Positions 9,013 through 18,741 of a stretch of 64,000 nt of DNA are shown here, one piece after another. The notes under the pieces were generated by a model. That model was given only the letters and a program-made list of their open reading frames with translations. It was not told where the DNA came from and did not search any database. The number at the start of each line of letters is the position of its first letter. The stretch's first letter is position 1. A program made the translations under genes and the position numbers. This stretch comes from an uncultured Collinsella sp. GTDB taxonomy: Bacteria > Actinomycetota > Coriobacteriia > Coriobacteriales > Coriobacteriaceae. Where the stretch lies: contig CALJMO010000052.1 of NCBI GenBank assembly GCA_937982065.1, positions 246,327 to 310,326 on the forward strand, written 5' to 3'.

Positions 9013-10017
9013 TTGCAAATACGGCGGGCAGCGACCGACATAACCGAGCTCTACGCACCACAGTTTGAGCAGTTTGGCCTGGAGCTTTCCGGCAAGGGCG
9101 CTGTCTTTACCGGCGAGGTGGCAAACGATCGGGCGCACGGACGCGCATGGATCATGCCCCTCTCCCCTGCCTGCATCGTCATGGAGCATTTCATCACCCC
9201 GACGCACGATATGTACCTGGCCGAATACACACCCGAGCCATATGCCTGCGTGAGCGAGGTCAGCGCGCCCACACTTACATGCATGCCCGAGGCTGGCATA
9301 ACGCCCGCGAACCTCAAACCATTGCATGGACCGTGGCCAAACAATGCCGTTTGCAGCTTTATCCAAGATAACTGTGGCGAGGAATTAAGCCCGCTGTTTG
9401 CGGGGGAGCTCTATCACTCGCGCTCGGTGCTCTTTTTGCCTGGATATTTTGACGAACTGGAGCACCGCTATCCCACCGAGTTCGCGGGAATCTTTGAGGC
9501 GTTTGCCGAGCCATGGCACGAGGAAGCGACGTCTGCCATCTGCCACACGCTGCGCCGGATTAACGAGGACCGCGCTCACACCGTAGGCGGACACGTCTAT
9601 ATGCAGGGCATCGTGGAGACCATGGTCGCGGAGCTCGCCTGTTCGCGCGCGGCCCACAAGCAGGCGCGGCAGGCGGCAGACACACGCGTCAGCATAACCA
9701 TTGCCGAAGAAGCAACGGCAATGATTGAGCGCGCGCTCGACAAAGGCAGACGTGTGGGTATCAACGAGGTGGCCGAGAGGCTCTACACAAGCCGCTCCAA
9801 ACTATGCGCCACCTTTAAGGCCCAAACTGGCGAGTCCCTGGGCACCTACATTCGCAGACGCCGTATGGAGCGAGCAAAGGACCTTTTGGCCGATAGCGCG
9901 CTCACAATAGCGCAGGTGGCAGAGCGTCTAGGCTACCCTCAACAGGCCGCCTTCGCCCAAGCCTTCAAACAATACACCGGCACCACCCCCACCGCTTGGC
10001 GAAGCAAGCATCGCTAA
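9013..10017 (+). CDS. AraC-family transcriptional regulator
   Basis: C-terminal double HTH (…IAQVAERLGYPQQAAFAQAFKQYTGTTP…); divergent from the ABC exporter pair. Confidence 0.8.
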   Translation: MQIRRAATDITELYAPQFEQFGLELSGKGAVFTGEVANDRAHGRAWIMPLSPACIVMEHFITPTHDMYLAEYTPEPYACVSEVSAPTLTCMPEAGITPANLKPLHGPWPNNAVCSFIQDNCGEELSPLFAGELYHSRSVLFLPGYFDELEHRYPTEFAGIFEAFAEPWHEEATSAICHTLRRINEDRAHTVGGHVYMQGIVETMVAELACSRAAHKQARQAADTRVSITIAEEATAMIERALDKGRRVGINEVAERLYTSRSKLCATFKAQTGESLGTYIRRRRMERAKDLLADSALTIAQVAERLGYPQQAAFAQAFKQYTGTTPTAWRSKHR

Positions 10018-10081
10018 GGCCCAAGCTCCCTGGCCGTAACGGAGCGATTAATTAGCCGCCGCCCGTCAGCTCACCCAGGAT

Positions 10082-11446
10082 CTAAACGTCAAGATGCGCA
10101 CAATCAAGCGCCTTTTTGATAAGAGGGACAGATCGATCAGCCAAATACAACGGAATGTTGAGCACCCCGTCGTCGAGCTTTAGGTTCTTAAGTGAGTAGC
10201 GGACCCTCAATGGAGTCGTCTCCGCATGCTTGTCGGCATAGTACTTAAGGCTCTTGGAATGAACGACCTCTCCCGATTTGACCTCGACGGGAACGATTTC
10301 GTTTCCGACTTGAATCAAAAAATCGACTTCGTGCTTCGGCTTCTCGTTTGTCCAATAACGCGGAGCAGCATCTAACTGTGAAAGTAATGCCTGAAGCACA
10401 TAGTTCTCGGCGAACGAACCTTTGAACTCCGAAAATAGCGCATCCGAGATGGCAAAAGCGGACGCATCCAGCCTTGCCATGCGGCGCAGCAAGCCGACAT
10501 CAAGACAGTAGACTTTAAATGCCTTGAGGTCATCGTACGCAGAGAGCGGCACACCACCGGCAGCATTAAGGCGAACCGCCGTGATGAGCCCAGCATCGGC
10601 AAGCCATTCCAGAGCATCCTCGTATTCTCGAGCACGAGCCCCCTCGCGCACCGCACCCCAAACGAACTTTTTGTTCTCGCGCGCCAACTGAGCTGGAATC
10701 GAGTTCCATATTTGCGAAAGCTTGGCGAACTGCGCACGGCCACCATGCTTGGCAAAATCGCGCTCGTAGGAATCCAAGAGATCAGACAACACCTTATCGA
10801 CCTGAACGATATCGCCCGTCTCCGCCCACCGGCCAAGAGCCTCTGGCATGCCGCCGCATGCAAAATAACGACGAAGATGCTCGACGAGACGGACATGGAA
10901 GAAATCGGGCACTGTCTCGATCTGATCCAGGCCGCCAAGGTATTCGTCGTAGTTTGCAGCGCCCTCGGCTTTCAGAAACTCGGAAAAGCTCATGGGGCGC
11001 ATCTCCATGAACTCGACCTTTCCCACCGGAAAAGCGCTGGTCTCACGGGACAAGCGAACGCCCAACAAAGACCCTGCGCATGCGACGTGATACTCGGGGG
11101 CCTCGTCACAGAAGTATTTAAGGGCACCGACTGCAGAAGGACAATCCTGGATCTCATCAATAATAAGCAGCGTTTCGCCGGGCTCGATAGGCTGTCCAAG
11201 TGCCAGGGAAAGATTTGAGATGATCCGTCGAGGATCGCGCGTACCTTCGAAAAACTGAGCGTACTCGCTCTGTACCCCAGGTGACGGCTCCTCGAGCGTC
11301 AGATACACAAAATTGAGGTACGAGGTTCGGCCGAACTCCTTAAGCGCCCACGTCTTTCCAACCTGGCGCGCCCCCTTAAGGATAAGCGGCTTACGATATT
11401 CTGACGCTTTCCAAGCGTTAAGCTTGGCAATGATATCTCGCTGCAT
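10082..11446 (-). CDS. AAA-family ATP-binding protein with a DUF4143-type C-terminal domain
   Basis: 'LKGARQVGKT' Walker A and overall architecture; RBS GGGAGGT. Confidence 0.75.
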   Translation of the reverse strand: MQRDIIAKLNAWKASEYRKPLILKGARQVGKTWALKEFGRTSYLNFVYLTLEEPSPGVQSEYAQFFEGTRDPRRIISNLSLALGQPIEPGETLLIIDEIQDCPSAVGALKYFCDEAPEYHVACAGSLLGVRLSRETSAFPVGKVEFMEMRPMSFSEFLKAEGAANYDEYLGGLDQIETVPDFFHVRLVEHLRRYFACGGMPEALGRWAETGDIVQVDKVLSDLLDSYERDFAKHGGRAQFAKLSQIWNSIPAQLARENKKFVWGAVREGARAREYEDALEWLADAGLITAVRLNAAGGVPLSAYDDLKAFKVYCLDVGLLRRMARLDASAFAISDALFSEFKGSFAENYVLQALLSQLDAAPRYWTNEKPKHEVDFLIQVGNEIVPVEVKSGEVVHSKSLKYYADKHAETTPLRVRYSLKNLKLDDGVLNIPLYLADRSVPLIKKALDCAHLDV

Positions 11447-11465
11447 GACCGAACCTCCCGCAAAG

Positions 11466-11545
11466 AAACTTCCGTAAACGTGATATTTCCCACATTTTAC
11501 CCTAGGTAAAACGTGACATTTATCACATTTACGGAAGTTTTAAGT
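11466..11545. promoter_or_regulatory. 20-bp near-perfect inverted repeat (AAACTTCCGTAAACGTGATA … TATCACATTTACGGAAGTTT) spaced ~40 bp, in the promoter of the DUF4143 ATPase
   Basis: Read directly from the sequence. Confidence 0.5.
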
Positions 11546-11650
11546 TCATTTCGCCACACTTCCATCACATTCAAAAGGCGGAGGCGCATTTTGCGCCTCC
11601 GTCACCATCTTTCCTATCAGCCTACCTGACCCGAACGGCCGAGTCGTTGC

Positions 11651-11793
11651 AGAACCCGGGAGCCCCGGCAGGGCGGGTGCTTGCTCAAAATGAGTTCCGC
11701 ACGCAAAGAAGGCCACTTAATGTGGCCTTCGTCTTGCGCAGGACTGTTCGAAATTTTGAGGAAGCACCCGCCCTGCCGGGGCTCCCGGGTTCC
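11651..11793. repeat. ~31-bp perfect inverted repeat (gaacccgggagccccggcagggcgggtgctt) enclosing an ~80-bp loop that has its own hairpin; sits just 3' of gatB
   Basis: Read directly from the sequence. Confidence 0.6.
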
Positions 11794-11796
11794 CGC

Positions 11797-13473
11797 TTAC
11801 GAGAGCGACGTTCTCAGCAACTCGTTGAAGAGTTTTGGGTTGCCCTTGCCGCGGCTCGCCTTCATGCACTGGCCCACCAAAAAGCCAATGACCTTCTGGT
11901 TGCCGTCACGATACTGCTGCGCCTGCTCGGCACAGTTAGCCAGCACCTCGTCCACGATCGGCTGCAACGCGCCGGCATCGCTCACCTGACGCATGCCGCG
12001 CTCGTCGACGATCTTATTGGGGTCGTCGCCGGTCTGAGCCATGGCCTCAAAGACCTCGTGCGCCTGGTTGGAGCTGATGGCATCGGTCGCCAGCAGCTTG
12101 GCCAGCGCTGCCACCTGAGCCGGCGCGATGCCGGACTCGGTCAGCGAGACGCCCGCACCCTTAAGATAGGCGATCATCTCGTTCACCAGCAGGTTTGCGA
12201 CCGTCTGAGCCTCTTTGCCAGCCATGCCGGCAGCGGCGGCCTCAAAGAACTCGGCAAACTCCGGGTCGCCGGCGATTTGCTCGGCATCGGCCGCCTTAAT
12301 GCCAAAGTCGGCCTCAAAGCGGGCGCGCTTGGCATCGGGCAGCTCGGGAATCTCGCCTCGGCAGCGGTCGATGAACTCATCGTCCAGATCGAACGGCGCC
12401 AGGTCGGGATCGGGGAACAGACGATAGTCGTCGGCCGTCTCCTTCACACGCATGACCACGGTGCGCTTGCGGCTGGGCTCCCAGTGGCGGGTCTCCTGAT
12501 AGATGATGCCGCCCTCCTCGAGCACCTCGGCCTGACGGCAGATCTCGTAGGCAAGGCCATCGTGCAGGCTCTTAAACGAGTTGAGGTTCTTGAGCTCGGT
12601 CTTGGTGCCCAGCTTGGTCTCGCCGCGGCGACGCAGCGACACATTGCCGTCGCAGCGCATGGAGCCCTTCTCCATGGAGCAGTCCGAAATGCCCAGCGTC
12701 ACAAAGATGCGACGGAGCTTTTCCATAAACAGACGCGCTTCCTCGGGCGTGCGCAGGTCGGGCTCGGTGACGAGCTCGATGAGCGGCGTGCCGCAGCGGT
12801 TGTAGTCGACGAGCGACTCGGCCGCGGCGGTAATGCGGCCCTCGGCACCGCCCACATGGACCATCTTGGCAGCGTCCTCCTCCATGTGGATGCGCAGGAT
12901 GCGAATGGGCACCGTGTAGGAACCGTCCTCGCGACGCTCGGGCATCTGCAGGTTGGACGCGTCATAGCTGGCCAGATGGCCCGCACGCCGATTGCCCTCG
13001 CGCATCGTCGAGGACATGGACGTGGACAGGCCTTCGGCATTGGCCGAGGCGCTCGCCAGGCTCTGGGCCTCGGCCTCGCCAAACGCGCAGTCGGGGCGCT
13101 CGGCGGCACCGCGGCCGGTCACGTCCAGGTCCAGGTGACCGTACATGGCAAAGGCGACCGGACCCTGCGTGGTCTGGAAGTTCTTGGCCATATCGGGATA
13201 GAAGTAGTGCTTGCGGTAGAACATCGAGTGACGCTGGATCTCGCAGTTGGTGGCGAGGCCGGCCTTGACGATGCTCTCGATGGCGCGCTTGTTGGGCACC
13301 GGCAGGGCGCCGGGCAGGCCTAGGCACACCGGGCACACGTTGGCGTTGGGCTCGTCATCGTGGCTGAGCTTGCAGTTGCAGAACATCTTGGTATCGAGTG
13401 CGGTGAGCTCGGTATGGATCTCCAGGCCGATCACGGCCTCCCAATCCTGCAGGACCTCGGAAAGCTCCTTCAT
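11797..13473 (-). CDS. gatB: Asp-tRNA(Asn)/Glu-tRNA(Gln) amidotransferase subunit B
   Basis: N-terminal region 'LEIHTELTALDTKMFCNCKLSHDDEPNANVCPVCLGLPGALPVPNK' read as GatB-like. Confidence 0.95.
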   Translation of the reverse strand: MKELSEVLQDWEAVIGLEIHTELTALDTKMFCNCKLSHDDEPNANVCPVCLGLPGALPVPNKRAIESIVKAGLATNCEIQRHSMFYRKHYFYPDMAKNFQTTQGPVAFAMYGHLDLDVTGRGAAERPDCAFGEAEAQSLASASANAEGLSTSMSSTMREGNRRAGHLASYDASNLQMPERREDGSYTVPIRILRIHMEEDAAKMVHVGGAEGRITAAAESLVDYNRCGTPLIELVTEPDLRTPEEARLFMEKLRRIFVTLGISDCSMEKGSMRCDGNVSLRRRGETKLGTKTELKNLNSFKSLHDGLAYEICRQAEVLEEGGIIYQETRHWEPSRKRTVVMRVKETADDYRLFPDPDLAPFDLDDEFIDRCRGEIPELPDAKRARFEADFGIKAADAEQIAGDPEFAEFFEAAAAGMAGKEAQTVANLLVNEMIAYLKGAGVSLTESGIAPAQVAALAKLLATDAISSNQAHEVFEAMAQTGDDPNKIVDERGMRQVSDAGALQPIVDEVLANCAEQAQQYRDGNQKVIGFLVGQCMKASRGKGNPKLFNELLRTSLS

Positions 13474-14987
13474 TACAGCTCGCCTCCCTTCCCGGCAAAA
13501 TCGGGCGCGACGGAAAGCGCGGGCGCACCCGTGGCGGCATCGGCAAAGCCGCGCTCAAGGGCGCGGGCAAACGTGAGCAGCTGACGGTCCTTAAACGCCG
13601 GACCAACCAGCTGGGCAGAAACGGGCAGCTGAGTATCCTCGCCCAGGCCCAGCGGCACCGAGATACCGCCGTTGCCGCAAATGTTGAGCGAGATGGTGTA
13701 CAGGTCGGAGAGGTACATCTGCGTGGGGTCGCTGATCTCGCCAAACTTAAAGGCCGTGCGCGGCGAGGCGGGCATGAGGATGGTGTCTACCTTGGCATAC
13801 GCGGCGTCGTAGTCCTGCGTGATGAGCGTGCGGGCCTTTTGCGCGGCGTAGTAATACTTGTCGTACACGCCCGAGCTCAGCAGGTAGGCGCCGAGCATCT
13901 GACGGCGCTTGGCCTCGGCACCAAAGCCGTGGGCACGCGAAAGCGAGCTCTGGTCGGACAGGTTGGCGCAGCCCTCCTCCTGATAGCCGTAGCGAATGCC
14001 GTCGAAACGTGCCAGGTTGGAGAACGCCTCGGCCGGGCCGATGACGTAGTAGGCGGCGATGGCGGCGTCCAGGTGCGGCAGGTCGACCTCGACCAGCTCG
14101 GCACCCTGGTTCTGCAGCTCCTGGGCGGCGCGCTGAACAGCGGCCTTGACCTCGAGCGTCAGGCCCTCGGCCTCCATAAACGCGGGGATGATGCCCACGC
14201 GCTTGCCCTCGATGCTGTCGTTGAGATGCTCGGTAAAATCGACGGCGCAATCCTGGCTGGTGCAGTCGTACGGATCGTGGCCCGCGCCGGTAAGCGCGTT
14301 CATGGCCAGCGCGACATCCTCGACCGTGCGGCCAAAGGGTCCCACCTGGTCGAGCGACGAGCCAAAGGCAACCACGCCGTAACGGCTCACGGCACCATAC
14401 GTGGGCTTAAAGCCCACCACGCCGCACAGCGACGCCGGCTGGCGAATGGAGCCGCCGGTGTCCGAGCCCAGCGAGAGCGCGACCTCGCCCGCAGCGACGG
14501 CGGCAGCGGAGCCGCCCGAGGAGCCGCCGGGCACGCGCTCGGTATCCCAAGGGTTGTTGGTGCGGTGGAAGGCAGAGCTCTCGGTAGAGCTGCCAAAGGC
14601 AAACTCGTCCATGTTGGCCTTGCCCATGGGCAGGCAGCCGGCATCGAGCATGCGCTGGACGCAGGTGGCGGTGTAGACGCTCTGGTAGTTCTCGAGCATG
14701 CGGGAAGCGCAGGTGGTGCACGTACCCACGAGGTTCATGTTGTCCTTGATGGCCAGCGGCACGCCCGCGAGCGGGGGCAGCGGCTTGCCTGCGGCACGGT
14801 CGGCATCCACGCGCGCAGCGGCCTCGAGCGCAAGCTCGGGCGACACCTGCAGGAATGCCTGGACCCCGCCCTCGCGCGCCTCGATGGCGGCAAGGGAGGC
14901 CTGGGCCACCTCGGTAGCGGTAAAGTCGCCGGCGGCAACGCCCGCGGCGATCTGGGCGGCGGTAAGGGAATCGAAGCTTAGCGCCAT
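13473..14987 (-). CDS. gatA: Amidotransferase subunit A (amidase-signature family)
   Basis: Amidase-signature Gly/Ser-rich segments; start and stop overlap gatC and gatB. Confidence 0.95.
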   Translation of the reverse strand: MALSFDSLTAAQIAAGVAAGDFTATEVAQASLAAIEAREGGVQAFLQVSPELALEAAARVDADRAAGKPLPPLAGVPLAIKDNMNLVGTCTTCASRMLENYQSVYTATCVQRMLDAGCLPMGKANMDEFAFGSSTESSAFHRTNNPWDTERVPGGSSGGSAAAVAAGEVALSLGSDTGGSIRQPASLCGVVGFKPTYGAVSRYGVVAFGSSLDQVGPFGRTVEDVALAMNALTGAGHDPYDCTSQDCAVDFTEHLNDSIEGKRVGIIPAFMEAEGLTLEVKAAVQRAAQELQNQGAELVEVDLPHLDAAIAAYYVIGPAEAFSNLARFDGIRYGYQEEGCANLSDQSSLSRAHGFGAEAKRRQMLGAYLLSSGVYDKYYYAAQKARTLITQDYDAAYAKVDTILMPASPRTAFKFGEISDPTQMYLSDLYTISLNICGNGGISVPLGLGEDTQLPVSAQLVGPAFKDRQLLTFARALERGFADAATGAPALSVAPDFAGKGGEL

Positions 14988-15298
14988 TACTCGCTCTCCC
15001 CCTCTCCCAAAATGGACGGCACGCGGAAGTAGCGGTCGCGCGCGCTGCCGGCGTTTTCCAGCGCAACGTCGAGCGGCAGATCGCGCTCGGGCTCGCGCAG
15101 GTCATCGCCCATCACGTTGGACAGGCTTCCGATGGGATGGAACGTGGGCTCCACGTCGGGCAAGTCATATTGCAAGACGGGCTCGAGCATCTGGACGGCG
15201 TCGTTCATGTAGGACGTCATCTGGGTGAGCTCGTCATCGGTCAGTGCGATCTTTGCGTACTCGGCGATGCCGCGCACGTCTTTCTCGCTGAGTGCCAT
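14987..15298 (-). CDS. gatC: Amidotransferase subunit C
   Basis: ~100-aa protein placed before gatA; start MALSEKDV with RBS GGAAGGGAG. Confidence 0.85.
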   Translation of the reverse strand: MALSEKDVRGIAEYAKIALTDDELTQMTSYMNDAVQMLEPVLQYDLPDVEPTFHPIGSLSNVMGDDLREPERDLPLDVALENAGSARDRYFRVPSILGEGESE

Positions 15299-15369
15299 AG
15301 GCGCTCCCTTCCGCATAACAGATAAACCGCTCTAGTATACAAGGCAACGCCGGCTTGGAGCAGGCGCTT

Positions 15370-15490
15370 TACCCAAACGCAGCGAAAACGTAACGAGGGC
15401 GACAGCTGGCAGGCTGCGGTCTGGCGATTCTGCAGCGAAACCGTACCGTCCGTAGCGAAAACCGTCCCGCCCATAGCGAAAACCATCCCG
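15370..15490. repeat. Degenerate tandem array of a ~21-bp unit (…ccgtNccgNccNtagcgaaaa…) upstream of gatC
   Basis: Three clear units at 15427-15489 plus degenerate copies upstream. Confidence 0.5.
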
Positions 15491-15503
15491 CCCACAACGA
15501 AGA

Positions 15504-15562
15504 CCATCACAACATTCGACACTTTTCGCCATAATCGCGATTTTCATCAAGTGTTGTGATGG
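15504..15562. repeat. REP family B hairpin (CATCACAACATTCGA…TCGAATGTTGTGATGG type, subfamily with 'aatcgcgattttcat' loop)
   Basis: Copies at 27764, 31856 and 33098. Confidence 0.7.
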
Positions 15563-15577
15563 TTTGGAAGCCCCCGA

Positions 15578-15610
15578 CCACCACAAAGATGCCTGTCCCC
15601 ATTGTGGTGG
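15578..15610. repeat. REP family A 33-bp hairpin (CCACCACAAAGgtgcctgtcccCTTTGTGGTGG)
   Basis: Copies at 26741, 27698, 29280 and 40908. Confidence 0.75.
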
Positions 15611-15624
15611 TTCTGGACGATGTC

Positions 15625-16563
15625 TTATGCCGAGGCCTTGGCCTTGCGGCGCTTACGGACCGCGTGGATCACGATGTCCAGCAGCAACAGCACAATGGCC
15701 ACGACCACGATAAGCACGGCAAACTCGCGCTTGCCCCAGTGGCGGCCGGCCAGCGACTTTTGCTTGTCGACGTCCTTCTTGCTGTACTTGGTGCGTACGC
15801 AATGCACCAGCAGGCGATGGTCGTTCACGCCGTAGGGCGTGCAGGTGACGAGCGTCACCTTGTCGGCACCGGGCTCGATGGTCAGCGACTCCATCTCCTC
15901 GGGCAGCACCACCTCGGAGTCCACCATCTTGTAGGCGAGCGTCTTGTTCATGGTGTGCAGCAGCACCAGGTCGCCGGGCTCCAGCGAGTGGATGTCGTCG
16001 AACATGCTCAGGTTGCGCATGCCCGAGTGCGCGGTGAGCACGCAGTGCGTCGAGGTGCCGCCCACCGGCAGGCTCGTGCCCTCCAGGTGGCCGACGCCCG
16101 CCATAAGGACTTCCTCGCTCGTGCCGTGGTAGATGGGCATGCTCACGTCGATGGAGGGGATCTCGACCCAGCTCATCATGGGGTCGCGGTCGAAGATGAG
16201 CTGCTGAGCGTAGGGCTCGATCTGGTCGGCGGGGAGCTCGGTGGCCTCGCCCGCCAGCTGCTCGTTAAAGGAGCGCGCCTGGAGCAGAATGCGCTCGCGC
16301 TCCTCGGCAGACAGCGCGTCCACGGTGCTGGACACCGTGCTGATCTGGTTGAACACGCCCGAGGCCTCGAGCCGGTCCAAGATCCACGGCCAGGTCATAA
16401 GGCCCACGCCAATAAGGATGATGACGATGGTGATGAGACGGTCGGCCCAGCGCGGCAACCGCTTGCGACGACGCTTGGGCTTTGGTTGAGGTTTGGGTTG
16501 AGGGCTTGAGCCGCCGTTGGCCGCGGCGTTATTGCTCTTCATATGTTTGGCGCCCTGCACCAT
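15625..16563 (-). CDS. srtC: Class C (pilus-polymerising) sortase
   Basis: Signal/TM segment, 'TLVTCTPYG' catalytic Cys motif, C-terminal TM plus basic tail. Confidence 0.85.
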   Translation of the reverse strand: MVQGAKHMKSNNAAANGGSSPQPKPQPKPKRRRKRLPRWADRLITIVIILIGVGLMTWPWILDRLEASGVFNQISTVSSTVDALSAEERERILLQARSFNEQLAGEATELPADQIEPYAQQLIFDRDPMMSWVEIPSIDVSMPIYHGTSEEVLMAGVGHLEGTSLPVGGTSTHCVLTAHSGMRNLSMFDDIHSLEPGDLVLLHTMNKTLAYKMVDSEVVLPEEMESLTIEPGADKVTLVTCTPYGVNDHRLLVHCVRTKYSKKDVDKQKSLAGRHWGKREFAVLIVVVAIVLLLLDIVIHAVRKRRKAKASA

Positions 16564-16674
16564 CGCCGGTCACTCCTCTATAGCTCAGGTTGTCTAAACA
16601 AATAATAGCCGATTAGCGAGCTTCCGCGCCGGACAACGCAGCTAGACTGCACCGTCCGGGCCACGTAACCACAC

Positions 16675-17448
16675 TCAACCAATCAAGCCATATGTTGCTT
16701 TCATCGTCTCAAGCAACTGCGCCATCGTTGCGCCCGCAACCCCGATCTGTTTCAGATTGACTTCGCCCACCTCACAATCTTTAACAAACGCAATCATATC
16801 GTCCTTCAGTTCTCCGCGCAGGTCGACACCTTCCGACTCGCCAAGCAGCTGAGCAAGCCTCAGCGCATCGCGTTTATGCTTTTTTACCTTCTTCGAATCA
16901 ACGTTCTCCCCCGCTTCCCTTCTAGCTTTTAGGTCGAGATACGCCTTCGCTTTGAACGGGACAATGTATTCCGTACCCAGGACCGAAACGCCGCCTACGG
17001 TCCGAATTCCCTGAAGGAACAAGCTGTAGTAAGCATCGTCCAACAAAATTGCCGAAAGACTGCTTATGTTTTCATCAACGTGAATTGGCGCCACATCAAT
17101 CTCCTCACGACCCTTTAGAAAGTCGGGGCACTTCGCGAAGAGTTCGATCATATGGGGGTAACCCGGCCTCTTAGGCTCTGTGAACCGATAAAAACATGAG
17201 CCTTTGCCTTCGCCCCAGCCGCAGCGGTAACCGCCATCACGCACCAAAGTCCATATGGCTTCTGCCGTCTGAGGCAACCGGTCATCGGCGACAATTACCA
17301 CATCAAAATCGTGAGTCGCCCTAAACGGAAGTCCCGCCTCCGCGAGCAAAATGTCGCATGCCGTGCCGCCGATAAGGGCATACGATCCTGCAGCTTCTTG
17401 CATATGCTGCTGAAATTCTTGGAGGCCTTCTACAGCGCTTCTTGCCAT
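16675..17448 (-). CDS. Nucleotidyltransferase-fold protein, AbiEii/AbiGii-like (type IV TA toxin candidate)
   Basis: 'ALIGGTACDILL…ATHDFDVVIV' GG[ST]…DxD motif; start overlaps the upstream partner by 19 nt. Confidence 0.5.
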   Translation of the reverse strand: MARSAVEGLQEFQQHMQEAAGSYALIGGTACDILLAEAGLPFRATHDFDVVIVADDRLPQTAEAIWTLVRDGGYRCGWGEGKGSCFYRFTEPKRPGYPHMIELFAKCPDFLKGREEIDVAPIHVDENISSLSAILLDDAYYSLFLQGIRTVGGVSVLGTEYIVPFKAKAYLDLKARREAGENVDSKKVKKHKRDALRLAQLLGESEGVDLRGELKDDMIAFVKDCEVGEVNLKQIGVAGATMAQLLETMKATYGLIG

Positions 17449-18437
17449 GGATATTCCCTTTCAAACATTCGATCGACTTCGAGCTGAATTCGCTCATCGT
17501 CAATTGCCACCAAAGATAGCGCAAGCGAAATGTTGTCGACACGGGAGGAGTCGGCAAACACGGGCGCATAGCGCCACACTTGGATCATCGCCGTCTCGTT
17601 ATCCGGCAACTCCCCGTCTGCGACTTCGAGGTCGCTCAGTTGACGCCATGCACTTCTTAAGACGGCCTTTTGTTCCATGCCCGGCGCAGCGAGCATCGAA
17701 CGCGCGGCGAGCGCCGTCTCCCCGGCGTCAACAAGACAGTCGATCTGCGGCGTCTTCCTTGCAAAAAAGACCTTCGAGACAGGCGAGGAGAGCTCTGCCA
17801 TGTGCTCACTGAGCAAAAGATCAACAGCAACAGGGAACACGACGACACGTCGCTCGCGACGCTCGCGCCTCGCGAGCCCCCTGTCAACAAGCTCGGTTAT
17901 GGCCTCACTCGCGCGGCTTGCCGAAATCCCAAGCGCACGACAAAGGTCATAGGGACGATATGGCTCCTGGGCTACTCCCCAGATTGCGGCAGCCTGTGCG
18001 TTGGGTGACATCTTGGTCGCGCGATTGCGAAACCGGGCACCGCCCCTCTCCGTGCAGGCTGTGCCCATAAATGGAAGAAAAGCCTGTCTACCTGGGCAGA
18101 CAAAGGGAATCCCTTGTGCGATCAATGCTTTGCGCTGACGTGCATCGGCATCAGGAAACGAAACGACAACAGGAGTCTCCGCGCGTAAGGCTAGCTGACT
18201 ATAGACTCTCTTAGCCTCGGGAAGCCCGACGCCAGTAGGCAAACTTGCAAGCAAAAACGAAAAACCGTTTGCGTCAACAGCGCGGACCTCAACCGCCCGC
18301 AGATGCAGCGGCAAGCGTGTGGATCCAGGCCAAGTTTTGGCCTTGGCGGAGAGGCCTAGTGCTTCTTGTAAGTAGATTAGCGCTTCGTTCATTTCCATCA
18401 TTTTCGTTTGATTCCAGTTTATATTGGAATTATACAT
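17430..18437 (-). CDS. HTH protein, AbiEi-like antitoxin/transcriptional regulator candidate (start uncertain; may be ~195 aa from MSPNAQ…)
   Basis: wHTH 'YDLCRALGISASRASEAITELVDRGL'; translationally coupled to the nucleotidyltransferase. Confidence 0.45.
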   Translation of the reverse strand: MYNSNINWNQTKMMEMNEALIYLQEALGLSAKAKTWPGSTRLPLHLRAVEVRAVDANGFSFLLASLPTGVGLPEAKRVYSQLALRAETPVVVSFPDADARQRKALIAQGIPFVCPGRQAFLPFMGTACTERGGARFRNRATKMSPNAQAAAIWGVAQEPYRPYDLCRALGISASRASEAITELVDRGLARRERRERRVVVFPVAVDLLLSEHMAELSSPVSKVFFARKTPQIDCLVDAGETALAARSMLAAPGMEQKAVLRSAWRQLSDLEVADGELPDNETAMIQVWRYAPVFADSSRVDNISLALSLVAIDDERIQLEVDRMFEREYPWQEAL

Positions 18438-18481
18438 AATTTTCGGAATTGACGAGATTCCTTTCGTGCATAAGCCTGCAT

Positions 18482-18741
18482 TTGCGTTTTTAAAATGTCC
18501 CGGATCGGCGGGGCGATTCGGGATACAATGTCAATAGAAAACGACGCATCCCGCGTAAGTGTACGAGAGCGCGGGCGGCCTAGTTTTCAGCTTTTGTTAA
18601 ATGCCCGGGATCCGACCCCCGGGCATTCTTATTTGCGCTTGTTGCGGCGCAAATGCCTTCTACCGTCCGCACCGCGCGTGCGCCTACGGACCTTAAACCG
18701 AACTTCATACGAGTCAAGAAACGCGATGACGAACGTGCCCA
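18482..18741. repeat. ~260-bp direct repeat, copy 1 (two consecutive hairpins: gcccggg…cccgggc and atttgcgc…gcgcaaat)
   Basis: ~90% identical to 18965-19221. Confidence 0.8.
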
